A stretch of 64,000 nt of DNA. Origin: Escherichia phage LorandFenyves_Bas91. Made by a program: the position numbers and the translations under genes. Numbering within the stretch: the stretch's first letter is position 1; every line of letters begins with the position of its first letter. Below the pieces are notes generated by a model, which made no database searches, had not been told where the DNA came from, and was given only the letters and a program-made list of their open reading frames with translations. This document shows, piece after piece, positions 39,713-49,279 of the stretch. The stretch lies in sequence record PQ850614.1. One strand, given 5' to 3'.

Positions 39713-41743
39713 TTAACCTCTATTCAATGAACATTTAGGGGAATTACAATAAACTTGATTCATAGAACCAAGCGTACAACTTTCAGCATCGCGCCACGGA
39801 ATCTGCTTAAAACACTCTGAGCAGTATCCGAGGGTTGACCACATGGCTTTGGTGAAGTCAGTGCTTCGGTTTCCGTCGAAGCTGACAACAGTTTTGCGGA
39901 GAGCTGTTCGTGATTCAGGAAACACACCTGCTTTCTCAGCAGGTTCCTCCTTTTTTGGCTTAGTTGAGATTGCAAAAATACTGTTGCTACGTTTCTCAAC
40001 ATAAGCATCAACAACATCCTCCAGAGTGATGCCTGTCTGTTTCGCTGAGGAAGGTAATACAGTCATACGACCAATCATTTCTTCAGTTACACGTAAAGCA
40101 AATTCAGGACGACGGGCGTTTGTTGTATCTGTTGCTTTAATCCATACATAACCATCTTTGATCGTAGCATTAGATACTTTCTTCTTTACTTCTACAGCGC
40201 AGACTTTACAGATATCTTCTCCACGAAGACGACTAAGCTCATCATCGAACTCATTCTCTGTTTTAACTTCACCACAGATTTCACAAACACCAATAGGAGT
40301 CTCCTCCTCTTCTTCCTCTTTAGGTTTAGTCAAACCTTCCAGACATTCAGGATGCCAGTAGCACTGATATGCGAAGACTGCTTTAGGTGCATCCTTCCAG
40401 TCAATGTGCTTGTCACAACCACCACAATCACCATGAGAGTGTGCTTCCCAGAATTTACGAGTGATAGTAACGCCATTCTTGTTGACGAAACTATCATTCA
40501 TATCAAAAGGGATATCATCATCGAAGTCAGCAGTAGTTGACTCAGGCTCCTTTTTCTCCAGAGACGGGTCAACAAAACGACCTGCTGTGATCACTAAACG
40601 AACCATAGCATTAACTTCGGAGATGCAGGATACTGTCCCACGGTAAACAATTTTAGGGTCTTTCAGTGCGTCCTGATAAGCCTTAATGTCTACGTTATGA
40701 ACATCACCTTCGATGTATTCTTGAGATTTCTCATCGTAGATATAGCCAATCATCTTACCACGAGAAGGAACAGCACCAGCAGTCGCATAAGGAACAAACT
40801 CATGTGGTGTGATTTCCACAGTCATATCGCGGCGGATATCAATGTTTCGATCGCTTGCGATTTTGTTTTGACTTACCACTGCGTTTCTTCGACGAACGTC
40901 TGCCGCTGTCACACCCGGCTTCGTGTCGTAAGGATTGCTTGTATTGCTTTTTGAGGAACTTTGATAGTTGCTTTGGCTGTAGTTGTTCGAGTAATAACTG
41001 CCCCAACGATTGGCTACCGTAAAAACCGGAAGCTCGTGGGCGACCTCTTCAACCAGAGTCATGCTGTTGTTTGACATATCAAAGATATATTCTGTACCAA
41101 CTTTACATTCAAAATGCTCGTCAATACGGTTCTTATGGGACTTAGAACGCTTCAGAATCCACATCAACATATCTTCTTCAGAAGCACCAAACCAATCTCT
41201 GTTACAACGTGCGAGATGGAAAGGACGCTCTTCGTTACGAATGATATGAAGGCGGTTATCAGAAGCATCATGCCAGATTAAGGTGAAAGCACCATCCAGC
41301 TTTTGAATAGTCTCTGCTGCACCAATAGTGTTAATAGAGTGGCAGATGTTCTCACTGTCTACCTCGAAGTTTTTGCTGTCAGGTAACAGATCTTGGTCCA
41401 TCAAGGTTCCATTATGAACCAGAGTGATGTTACCATGTTGGAAAGGATGGGCGTTCTTGGCGTTAACTGCACCTTTCGTTGCATGACGACTGTGACCAAC
41501 AATCCATGAAGGTGCTACAGTGTAAGCTGTTTCACCAGTGGTGTGCTTCTTGTACTCATCTTGTAGGATGAATGCGAAAGAAGGAAGAGCTTCTTTATAA
41601 GTGAAGACTTCCTTAGTACTTTTACGCTGACCAAAGATACCGGAGGAATGTTGTCCTCGGAATACTCCAGCATAAAAGAGTTGGTTAAATACGTCTAAAT
41701 CAGTGCTTGACAGATTACCGCCAGCTAATACGATGCCACAAAT
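39713..41743 (-). CDS. class-II (Ntn) glutamine amidotransferase domain protein with Cys-rich C-terminal region; probable ATT start
   Basis: Frame is open ~340 nt upstream of the track start and encodes (start)CGIVLAGG...GHSRHATKGAVNAKNAHPF (GlmS-like). The only codon between the upstream stop and Cys is ATT, with AGGTGG ~8 nt upstream. Confidence 0.65.
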   Translation of the reverse strand: MCGIVLAGGNLSSTDLDVFNQLFYAGVFRGQHSSGIFGQRKSTKEVFTYKEALPSFAFILQDEYKKHTTGETAYTVAPSWIVGHSRHATKGAVNAKNAHPFQHGNITLVHNGTLMDQDLLPDSKNFEVDSENICHSINTIGAAETIQKLDGAFTLIWHDASDNRLHIIRNEERPFHLARCNRDWFGASEEDMLMWILKRSKSHKNRIDEHFECKVGTEYIFDMSNNSMTLVEEVAHELPVFTVANRWGSYYSNNYSQSNYQSSSKSNTSNPYDTKPGVTAADVRRRNAVVSQNKIASDRNIDIRRDMTVEITPHEFVPYATAGAVPSRGKMIGYIYDEKSQEYIEGDVHNVDIKAYQDALKDPKIVYRGTVSCISEVNAMVRLVITAGRFVDPSLEKKEPESTTADFDDDIPFDMNDSFVNKNGVTITRKFWEAHSHGDCGGCDKHIDWKDAPKAVFAYQCYWHPECLEGLTKPKEEEEEETPIGVCEICGEVKTENEFDDELSRLRGEDICKVCAVEVKKKVSNATIKDGYVWIKATDTTNARRPEFALRVTEEMIGRMTVLPSSAKQTGITLEDVVDAYVEKRSNSIFAISTKPKKEEPAEKAGVFPESRTALRKTVVSFDGNRSTDFTKAMWSTLGYCSECFKQIPWRDAESCTLGSMNQVYCNSPKCSLNRG

Positions 41744-41794
41744 TTTCTAATCCACCTGAAGGGTAAACCCTTTCATCTAATTAACCTTTAAATT

Positions 41795-41815
41795 GTGCCC
41801 CTTTATCAGAGGCAC
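41795..41815 (-). terminator. hairpin after the amidoligase gene (weak terminator)
   Basis: GTGCC...GGCAC stem with a weak T-run on the minus strand. Confidence 0.3.
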
Positions 41816-41822
41816 CCATTGA

Positions 41823-42926
41823 TTACAGCGCTTGCTCTAACTGATTTTCCAGATGGTCTGGAATGTACCCTGTGATATTGCTATCACTGTGACCAGACTC
41901 ACGTAGTAAGTCAAAAATAGCACGAATACGTTGTTCTGGAGCGTGTCTTACTTGAGATAGGTCTGCTGTACGAAGCATAACCAAAATCTCTTGATACAAG
42001 TTGTTAGCGTTCCCTCGAACATATCCAAGGAATCCATAGAAGTCTGACATAAGACGTAAGTCAACAAGAACCTCTCCGTTGGAGTTGGTTCGACGTAAAC
42101 GAATACGACCAGACTGTTCTACTTCATGAGAACGGCAATACAAAACATCACGGGCCATACAATACCCTGAATGCAAATCAGATTCATCCAGATTGTAATC
42201 CAGAGGAAGGTAAGGAAGCATTGGGGCAAATCGTACAGTATTTAAGTGCTCAATAAACTGATCATTGCTCATATCTGCGTTATCTAAAGCCAGCTTCTTC
42301 AACATCAAGAAGCGGTTAACCAGATTGAGAAGTTGACCACGTTTCCACTTAGGCTCACTGATACGGAACTCAATTGAACCGTATTGGGCAAGTGGCAGAA
42401 GGTTCAGAGATGTATATTTATCCCATGAACGAACCAGACGGTTGAAGAATTCTTCACCATCGTAGTTAAATGCGTCAGAGGCATTCATTACCTGTGCTTG
42501 TACCACTGCAAACGCAGGGCAGAAATTGCTACGGTAACGATGGTAGCCTGAACACTTGAACAGCATCTTTTCATAGAAGGTCCAAGCAAGGATGGTCTTC
42601 TTGAGGATATTACTATCAGCATCCCTCATATCCATATGAACGTGAGTAGAGCAACGCCAAGTCCCCTCGGCGTGCGATTCAGCTACTGCTTCACTCAGGT
42701 TGTTGATAGCGTCTAACAACTCCTGTCCGTTGTAAGGTCGTGAACATACCATTTCACAACCGTTACGCAGGGAACCATCCTCTGTGCAATCCCACATATC
42801 TGCTTCGATATGTTCAGAACCTTCGAGTTCAAGCTCAATACCGACACCGCACTGAAGTGCAATTGAACTATGCGCCTCAGTTAAACGACCTTCTCGATAT
42901 CCAAAAGTTTGCGCTACAGTTGTCAT
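41823..42926 (-). CDS. amidoligase (glutamine-synthetase-like fold)
   Basis: GVGIELELEG, EDGSL..GCEMV and STHVHMD resemble carboxylate-amine ligase motifs. Confidence 0.55.
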   Translation of the reverse strand: MTTVAQTFGYREGRLTEAHSSIALQCGVGIELELEGSEHIEADMWDCTEDGSLRNGCEMVCSRPYNGQELLDAINNLSEAVAESHAEGTWRCSTHVHMDMRDADSNILKKTILAWTFYEKMLFKCSGYHRYRSNFCPAFAVVQAQVMNASDAFNYDGEEFFNRLVRSWDKYTSLNLLPLAQYGSIEFRISEPKWKRGQLLNLVNRFLMLKKLALDNADMSNDQFIEHLNTVRFAPMLPYLPLDYNLDESDLHSGYCMARDVLYCRSHEVEQSGRIRLRRTNSNGEVLVDLRLMSDFYGFLGYVRGNANNLYQEILVMLRTADLSQVRHAPEQRIRAIFDLLRESGHSDSNITGYIPDHLENQLEQAL

Positions 42927-43540
42927 AACGAATCCACCAACGTAATATTATAATTGCTAAGGTTTTCAGAAATGTGATGAAAGTGTTCCAGAAGTCGCAT
43001 CGGTTGCTGACCGTAAGAGTCACGAGGTGCTTCCAGATCTACTTGTCCTACCAGTGCACCTTTATAATGCACTTTACCATCTGTAGGATTGATGTAAATA
43101 TAACGAGTAACCAATCCATCAAATTCAGGATTGAACAGACTGTAAACCATTTCACCAGAGATCGAACGACCAATCCCCGGAGCGTTTCGAATCTTGTTAC
43201 CCATCAAACCCTTCGCTCTCTGACGAACAGGATTGATATGAGTCCAGCTTACAGTGTTACCGTTATGGAACAGATAACCAACATCAGGTGATTCAAGAAT
43301 CAAGGTTGGGTCGAACACTGGAATATTCATCGTAGTGTTTCGGAGATTCCCATGCTCGTTCTTGTACCACTGCTCTACAACAAAATACAGAGCCTGTTCT
43401 GCTTCATGCGAGAAGTCATCGCTGCGGAAGTTACCGCTCTGCTCAACACCAATCACAAAACACGGAAGGTTGATATTGCCTGCTCGTTTAGCAATCCATG
43501 TACCATTATAGTAATGAGAAAAATCAGCTACTAAGCTCAC
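42923..43540 (-). CDS. hypothetical protein (amide-ligase cluster)
   Basis: 205-aa ORF translationally coupled to neighbours. Confidence 0.45.
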   Translation of the reverse strand: MSLVADFSHYYNGTWIAKRAGNINLPCFVIGVEQSGNFRSDDFSHEAEQALYFVVEQWYKNEHGNLRNTTMNIPVFDPTLILESPDVGYLFHNGNTVSWTHINPVRQRAKGLMGNKIRNAPGIGRSISGEMVYSLFNPEFDGLVTRYIYINPTDGKVHYKGALVGQVDLEAPRDSYGQQPMRLLEHFHHISENLSNYNITLVDSL

Positions 43541-43549
43541 GATAACCTC

Positions 43550-44356
43550 TTATGCTACCTGAAGGAGTTTGATCTGCTGGTCAGCTTCTTTAACGTTGTT
43601 CCCGTTAATGATTTCATGAAGCTTCTCAATCGGAAGGCGAGAGTGCAATGCCATCAGAGTGGACATATCACACTGCTGAACAACCTTGTCAACCTGATCG
43701 TAAACAAACTTACGGTTTTCACGATCACTAATCCAGAAGTTAGACAGAGAACGGTATTCAATACCATAGTCTTTATAACGGATTGCAGATGCTTTACCGT
43801 AGAGTTCTTTACGGCGAGTATCTTTGTCCATAATTACTGCTGGGAGAGACAGGAAGTAGTCACACAGCACACCCAGCATCATCTGAGTTTGCAGAGTGAT
43901 ATCCAAAGCACCAACTACGCCAAGATGTACGTGACCACCGGCAGTACGAAGTCCCTTATTCTGAGAAGTCGGGGATGGGTTTTTCTGACCAGTGAAGGCG
44001 TTGAAATCAGGAGTGCACCCGAAGATGAACGCTGATTCATTAAAGGTCTTCATCTCTTCTTCAGTGAAGATGTGAGAGCTAACACCCGGAGCTGTTTCCA
44101 TGTCCAGTTTGTTCAGGACATTATTGGTGAGATCAATACCACGTTGCATGTTATCGTTAAACGCTTCAAAACCGCTCTGTGGGTCAATATCAAACTCAGC
44201 CAGTACGTTGTCCTCTTGGAGACGAACATCCTTAGCCAGAGCGATCTTATCGTCCTTAGAGCAGCCTAATAAACCGGCTACAGAAGTGATGATACCATTG
44301 CTAGTACGAACAAACATTTCAGGGTCAGAGCCGATAAGGAATTTGCGCTTAGTCAT
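43550..44356 (-). CDS. second putative amide ligase (COOH-NH2 ligase-like)
   Basis: N-terminal FLIGSDPEMFV and RTAGGHVHLG resemble the ligase motifs of the neighbouring gene; assignment from memory. Confidence 0.4.
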   Translation of the reverse strand: MTKRKFLIGSDPEMFVRTSNGIITSVAGLLGCSKDDKIALAKDVRLQEDNVLAEFDIDPQSGFEAFNDNMQRGIDLTNNVLNKLDMETAPGVSSHIFTEEEMKTFNESAFIFGCTPDFNAFTGQKNPSPTSQNKGLRTAGGHVHLGVVGALDITLQTQMMLGVLCDYFLSLPAVIMDKDTRRKELYGKASAIRYKDYGIEYRSLSNFWISDRENRKFVYDQVDKVVQQCDMSTLMALHSRLPIEKLHEIINGNNVKEADQQIKLLQVA

Positions 44357-45320
44357 TATAATACTCCACTAGTTCAGAAAAGAGAGATGAGATTGTGTTA
44401 CCAACTTCTTCAAGAGTAAGACCGGAATCTGCTCCAGTTCTTTGAATCAGTCGGGCTGTAAAGTTTTGTACTGTAATGTTTCCCAACTTGTCGTCTATTG
44501 CTTCACGTTTGTGACCATAACAGTTGGACCAGAGTCTTAACCACTCTGACATTGTTTCATACTCGTCCGGGTCTTGATCTTTAGCACGAGCAAATCTTCG
44601 TAAGGCATCTTGGTTATGGTTACGAACATAACCATTCTCGTTGTCGCCAACACCGAAGGGGTTTTGAACCCATACTTGCTTCGTGTATTCATCAGAGTCT
44701 ACAACCAAAGGAAGGAATGCTGCTGCTGACATATTGTTGTTAATAACAATAGAGGTGCTCTCGCTACTCCCATTGGCTCTTCCTCGTTGAGACCATCCAC
44801 CGAAGAAGTCACGACCCAACCCAGCTAACACTAGAGCGATGCCGATGCGTTTACGCTTCAGCCACTCTTCCCTGTCTTCAATTCCTTCTGCTAGGAAATC
44901 CATTCCACGATATTGCCCTTCCAGAATACTACGAAAGAGCATAAGTCCTGTGAAGATCTGATCTGCTGGATGCTCACGAAGGTTGACAGCAACACTATTC
45001 GCTGAAGTGATCGTAAATACGTCACGATAGCAAGACATGGAGTTCATAATGTCTGCTGTTTCAACCAAGTTCTTTTCAATATCAGATGCAACATGACCGT
45101 GAAAAGAGTGAGTCCAGTAATTCAACATCTCCAGTTGCAAGTTGATATCACGGTTGAAGCGACGATAACGCCCTTCTTCCGAGATAACTTCACCATTAAT
45201 GTCATTTACACACTGGCCTTGCATGTAGTTGTGGATACCGAAGCACCCACGACCTAAGAACTTCTGTTCCCCTAAATCCTGTTGAAGATTAAGAGGTACG
45301 ATCGTTGTGGAGATTGACAT
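44349..45320 (-). CDS. hypothetical protein (amide-ligase cluster)
   Basis: 323-aa ORF. Confidence 0.45.
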   Translation of the reverse strand: MSISTTIVPLNLQQDLGEQKFLGRGCFGIHNYMQGQCVNDINGEVISEEGRYRRFNRDINLQLEMLNYWTHSFHGHVASDIEKNLVETADIMNSMSCYRDVFTITSANSVAVNLREHPADQIFTGLMLFRSILEGQYRGMDFLAEGIEDREEWLKRKRIGIALVLAGLGRDFFGGWSQRGRANGSSESTSIVINNNMSAAAFLPLVVDSDEYTKQVWVQNPFGVGDNENGYVRNHNQDALRRFARAKDQDPDEYETMSEWLRLWSNCYGHKREAIDDKLGNITVQNFTARLIQRTGADSGLTLEEVGNTISSLFSELVEYYND

Positions 45321-45330
45321 AACTAACCTT

Positions 45331-46527
45331 TTATTTTCCTAAAAATAATCCGCTCATAATACCATCCCACTCAGAGGACGGAATCACTGAATACTCCGAA
45401 CTTTGGTCCAGAGTTCCGCTACTGAATCGCTGAACAATATTATAAATATTGAACATATCTTTAGTCTCAGCGCGATAAGCGTAGACTAATCTGTCAGCTG
45501 TTCTTTCATCTTTAGATACCCGACGAGCAAAGGTAACCAGAAGGTTGTCACCTTTGAGTATTTCTGACTCATCTTTTACTAGATCAGGGTGCATAACCGG
45601 CAAGAACATTGAGTTGTTCACTCGTAACTCTGCTGTTTCATCATTCTCATAATGAATCCATTTAAAATCTTCATCACGAAAGTGACCGCATCCATCTCTG
45701 TATGACTGTTGACGCCAAGGCACTTGAAATGCTTCAGCGTATTTATCAGCCATGCCAACCGTAAATAGTGACGCTGGGAAAATACAAGCATCCCAATCGT
45801 TACCAACCAGAGTTGCTTTCTTTTCGCTCAAGAGGTTAGTGTAAGTGCTAACCATTCGTGAGTAAACATAAGCCTGAAGGATTGTCCAGCCTTCAACCAA
45901 CCATTTATGGAGGAAGGTTTCAACTTGACTCTCTTCATCTTCACAATAGAAGGTTCGGTCTAACATCAAATAGAACAGACAACGATCAGCAGGGATATTC
46001 TCAGTTGCTACCCCCATAAAACCTTTATCGTGCCAGCGTAAACAGGAGGGACGATCTTTGTCCACAAATGCTTCCATAGCTTCCAGTACAGCACGAGGTG
46101 TGGTTCGGTGTTCAGGGTTTTTGTCGTTCCAACGTTCGATGTTATTTTTAGGAGGTGTGTCTTCATCTTCATATGAACACCAACTCAAAGCTTCAGCTAC
46201 GTGCTTTTCATCACGCCAACGTCTAAAGCCTAACATCTTCATATGAGTTCCAGAGTTCCAGATATGCTTAATACTGCTCATATCCATCTCTCGACTTAAT
46301 AAGAACTCTTCCCCATCAGCACTACGAACGTTAGCATCTTCATGCCACACTCGAACGTGCATGTTCCATCCATGAGTTGCCTCATACATGTTAGGGTCGA
46401 AGTAGTCATCATCTTCGTCGTCTTCATCAACGCCACCATTATAGTTGCGAAGCTGAAGGAACCCATAACAAGGAGGGTTGACCGTTAAAACATTACCTTC
46501 AGTATCTTCTAATGTTACTGGAAACAT
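45331..46527 (-). CDS. hypothetical protein (amide-ligase cluster)
   Basis: 398-aa ORF with acidic insert. Confidence 0.45.
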   Translation of the reverse strand: MFPVTLEDTEGNVLTVNPPCYGFLQLRNYNGGVDEDDEDDDYFDPNMYEATHGWNMHVRVWHEDANVRSADGEEFLLSREMDMSSIKHIWNSGTHMKMLGFRRWRDEKHVAEALSWCSYEDEDTPPKNNIERWNDKNPEHRTTPRAVLEAMEAFVDKDRPSCLRWHDKGFMGVATENIPADRCLFYLMLDRTFYCEDEESQVETFLHKWLVEGWTILQAYVYSRMVSTYTNLLSEKKATLVGNDWDACIFPASLFTVGMADKYAEAFQVPWRQQSYRDGCGHFRDEDFKWIHYENDETAELRVNNSMFLPVMHPDLVKDESEILKGDNLLVTFARRVSKDERTADRLVYAYRAETKDMFNIYNIVQRFSSGTLDQSSEYSVIPSSEWDGIMSGLFLGK

Positions 46528-46538
46528 TATACCAACCT

Positions 46539-46901
46539 CTATTGGTTTTTAATCAACTCAATCGACTTACGGATATAAAGAATATCTCGGAAGTTTCGAT
46601 AGTTGTTCATAAATTGGTGCTTCTGGAAAGTAGCTTCTTCCAGCGCTTTCTTTGCTTCTGCGTAGCTTTTACGGGCAAGATGTACAACCCGTTCTGGTAA
46701 CATGTTTGCATGACGGATGACATACTTGTGAGCTTTCATGTTGCTTTGCTCACGAGCAATCTTACCTTTAGCAACTTTGATACCATTTGCAATCCAAGCA
46801 AGTTCTTGCTCAAGCTCATCGTTGGACATTCCACCGAGGTTTGATGCAACCTTGTTCAGAGTTTCAATATTAACGTTGCCCTTGATGGGACGTGTATTCA
46901 T
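46539..46901 (-). CDS. hypothetical protein
   Basis: 120-aa ORF. Confidence 0.4.
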   Translation of the reverse strand: MNTRPIKGNVNIETLNKVASNLGGMSNDELEQELAWIANGIKVAKGKIAREQSNMKAHKYVIRHANMLPERVVHLARKSYAEAKKALEEATFQKHQFMNNYRNFRDILYIRKSIELIKNQ

Positions 46902-47073
46902 ACTTACTCCTGTTGTTTACACTCGTCAATAACCCACTGATAAGTGGATTGCCCAGAAAAGAAACACTGAATAAATCCAGATGTTCTCTGCGTTACCAGT
47001 GCTAGTGCACAAATCACTATCGCTGCTGCTAGCAGTTTTAAATCTAATTTAGACATATTCCCTCTCGTTGAAT

Positions 47074-47100
47074 TTAAAAAAGGACTCTCCGAAAAGAGTC
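47074..47100 (-). terminator. intrinsic terminator
   Basis: GACTCT-CCGAAA-AGAGTC hairpin followed on the minus strand by TTTTTT. Confidence 0.5.
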
Positions 47101-47162
47101 AAGCTTTAAATACAAAAAGATATTACCCAATATCTGTGGATAACCTGCTCTTAAAATATCTA

Positions 47163-47213
47163 TCCGACGGATGTTCGAGGGATGTTCCTCTCCCTAGCAT
47201 CGGCCCCATACGG
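47163..47213. repeat. conserved intergenic element, copy A
   Basis: CGGATGTTCGAG-(hairpin)-CTCTCCCTAGC flanked by a closing stem and a second hairpin; counterpart at 53183-53229. Confidence 0.6.
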
Positions 47214-47282
47214 GAAATATATTAAGATTAGGTTAGTTGAGTCAGAATAACTCATATAGCCCTCCGAAGAAGGCTATAGATG

Positions 47283-47750
47283 TTACTCTATCTTAACTGA
47301 AGGACAATACTTCTCTTTCTTGCTGCGATACATAACAACAATCCAGTTTGAATCACGACGCTCTTTCTTACGTCGTTTCTTTTCAGCACGAGTTTCATAT
47401 GTGCTAGTTCGGTGGTCACGGTATATTCCACGAAGTTCATAAAATGCCCAACCACCACCAAACACTACACCAGCCAAAGCAGCCAAAGATGAGGCACCAA
47501 GAGCAGGGGCAGCGAACCATGTCCACCAGTCAAAGGTTGACACGTCGTTGTGCCCGAGGAGTGTCCCACCTACTCCAGTAAGTGCCGCACATATAACAGA
47601 TAAGAATCCAGACAGTATAACAAAACGCAAAACTGTTCGCCAGAAGTATTCACAAAAGTTAGTCATGTTGTCCCAATAGGAATCAGAGAGACTTGACGTA
47701 GCTTTGTTGAATCTGTGCAACCATCCGTTCTTATTAACCTTAATCATCAT
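47283..47750 (-). CDS. membrane protein (two TMDs, basic C-terminus)
   Basis: Hydrophobic helices VLRFVILSGFLSVICAALTGV and WFAAPALGASSLAALAGVVFGG. Confidence 0.4.
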   Translation of the reverse strand: MMIKVNKNGWLHRFNKATSSLSDSYWDNMTNFCEYFWRTVLRFVILSGFLSVICAALTGVGGTLLGHNDVSTFDWWTWFAAPALGASSLAALAGVVFGGGWAFYELRGIYRDHRTSTYETRAEKKRRKKERRDSNWIVVMYRSKKEKYCPSVKIE

Positions 47751-47980
47751 TCGCCTTTCTTAGCACGATCTTTGGCAGTTTTACCGGTGCGAATGCGATG
47801 GGAAACGTTAACCAGAGTGCCACCATCAACTACGGTAACGCTCTTGTTTTTAGCCAGATCGAACACAGTTTTCTCCGTGCCACCCAAGCGAATTTGCTTA
47901 GGCTCACTGAAGGTTTGGGTTGATTTGGATTGGAACTGGAACGGTTGACGGATTGCATCAATTGCACTTACTTTAGACAT
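47747..47980 (-). CDS. hypothetical protein
   Basis: 77-aa ORF. Confidence 0.35.
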   Translation of the reverse strand: MSKVSAIDAIRQPFQFQSKSTQTFSEPKQIRLGGTEKTVFDLAKNKSVTVVDGGTLVNVSHRIRTGKTAKDRAKKGE

Positions 47981-48040
47981 AGGGGAAATTCCTTAAAAAG
48001 TCATGGCTGCGTAGAGGGAATTCCCTACGCAAATTGGGCC

Positions 48041-48070
48041 GCCCACAGAGAGGCGTCATAGTACTAAAAG
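48041..48070. repeat. conserved element with TAGTACTA palindrome, copy 1
   Basis: ACAGAGAGGCGTCATAGTACTAAAAGGAGG; 18-nt identity with 55307-55324; preceded by a hairpin. Confidence 0.55.
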
Positions 48071-48199
48071 GAGGAGAGAAGAGGGCTTATTTAGCTACCT
48101 TTTTCTGTCCGTTTACGAACCAGATAATTGAACCGTCAGGCTGTCGTTGACCGAAGCCTTTCTGGTTAATCATATCGTCATAAGAATATGCTTTACGTC

Positions 48200-48460
48200 T
48201 CATTTGTTTTCCTGTGGAGTTAAGATAATTTCAGCTTTACTAAACTTCTCACCAACAACCATATCACCAGAGATGACACGCAGTTCTCCAGTGCCTAAGT
48301 TAACAGCTCCAGCAGGTTGACAGCCCCTGCTCTTAGCTGTAAGCATATAAATCTTTTGATCCTTACATTCTTGGAGTGTGAATACGTCAGCCATGCTTAG
48401 GTCTTTAACATGGAGGATTATTTCCTCCTTGCTTTTAACTTTAATGTGAATAGTGCTCAT
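48200..48460 (-). CDS. small protein, member of an expanded paralogous family
   Basis: Shares a loose GD.F...[FYW]...(C/V)VNL..G pattern with at least seven other small ORFs. Confidence 0.4.
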   Translation of the reverse strand: MSTIHIKVKSKEEIILHVKDLSMADVFTLQECKDQKIYMLTAKSRGCQPAGAVNLGTGELRVISGDMVVGEKFSKAEIILTPQENK

Positions 48461-48462
48461 GA

Positions 48463-48708
48463 TTACTCCTGAACCACTGACATACGAATCACTTCAACTG
48501 GGGCATCACTTTTCATAACACCTAATACACCAGTAAGAAGATTAACTGTCGTAATCCAACCATCTTCTACAGAGATTTTGTTGGACACATTATTGACACG
48601 GATGTAATACTGAGGGGATGCCGTTCCTCTCTGAACTACGAAAGGGTTTCCGGGAATAATTGTAGCCAGTGAAACCGTGTTATCTTTAATCTTTGGGATG
48701 ATCTTCAT
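48463..48708 (-). CDS. small protein, expanded family member
   Basis: See 48200-48460. Confidence 0.4.
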   Translation of the reverse strand: MKIIPKIKDNTVSLATIIPGNPFVVQRGTASPQYYIRVNNVSNKISVEDGWITTVNLLTGVLGVMKSDAPVEVIRMSVVQE

Positions 48709-48959
48709 TTAGAGTCCTTAATAACGTTAGCTTCAACCTTAACAGGAATAACAGAGATACCCTCTACCGGAGCACTTAGGAATCCATCTTCTAGATTGAC
48801 ACACACAACTCGATCTCGTGCAACTTCTACCCAATCAGTGCATTCCGCAGTACAAACCATATGCACTACACCGTCTTCTTTCAATCTAAAGGTATCACCC
48901 TTCTTCAGAGTGCGGAGCTTTGCCGTCTTGATGGTTTTGTTCAACTCGTTAACTTTCAT
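48705..48959 (-). CDS. small protein, expanded family member
   Basis: LKKGDTFRLKEDG...VVCVNLEDGFL. Confidence 0.4.
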   Translation of the reverse strand: MKVNELNKTIKTAKLRTLKKGDTFRLKEDGVVHMVCTAECTDWVEVARDRVVCVNLEDGFLSAPVEGISVIPVKVEANVIKDSK

Positions 48960-48967
48960 ATTGATTC

Positions 48968-49279
48968 CTATTTAAGTTTGAGGCTAATATTAAGGTGCAT
49001 ACATGCCCTGTTCTGTACAGCAGCATAACTTCTACCGAGCATGTCAGCCATTCTCTGAATAGACATGAACCCAGCATTACGGATAAGGAACTGGTCTTCT
49101 TCTTCAGACCACTTAACTCGGATTGAAGCTCTTGATATTCCGAACTTAGTGCAAGCTGTGTTAACAGCATTCTCCGTTACATTCATAATCTGAGCAACTT
49201 CTTGAACCGAGTACTCTTTGATCAATCTCCGAAGATTTTCAATCTGCATCGGAGTCCATATAGTTCTTCGTGCTTTCAT
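48968..49279 (-). CDS. DNA-binding protein with two HTH-like repeats (putative regulator)
   Basis: ATG at 49279 after GGAGGA; two repeats of an E.A..M.V....V..R.....I-type helix-turn-helix pattern. Confidence 0.45.
   Translation of the reverse strand: MKARRTIWTPMQIENLRRLIKEYSVQEVAQIMNVTENAVNTACTKFGISRASIRVKWSEEEDQFLIRNAGFMSIQRMADMLGRSYAAVQNRACMHLNISLKLK

Noticed and set aside
24596-46932. Plus-strand ORFs embedded in minus-strand replication and ligase genes (e.g. 24596-24880, 25818-26074, 30139-30453, 40158-40954, 43616-44372)
   Set aside because: Same reasoning: antisense to strongly supported genes.
47145-47153. Perfect DnaA-box 9-mer TGTGGATAA
   Set aside because: A single occurrence; ~0.5 copies expected by chance in 64 kb, so no evidence for an origin.
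47188-47198. Resemblance of GCTAGGGAGAG (minus-strand reading) to the T7 promoter core TATAGGGAGA
   Set aside because: No single-subunit RNAP gene in the window and only two copies; more likely part of the structured element.
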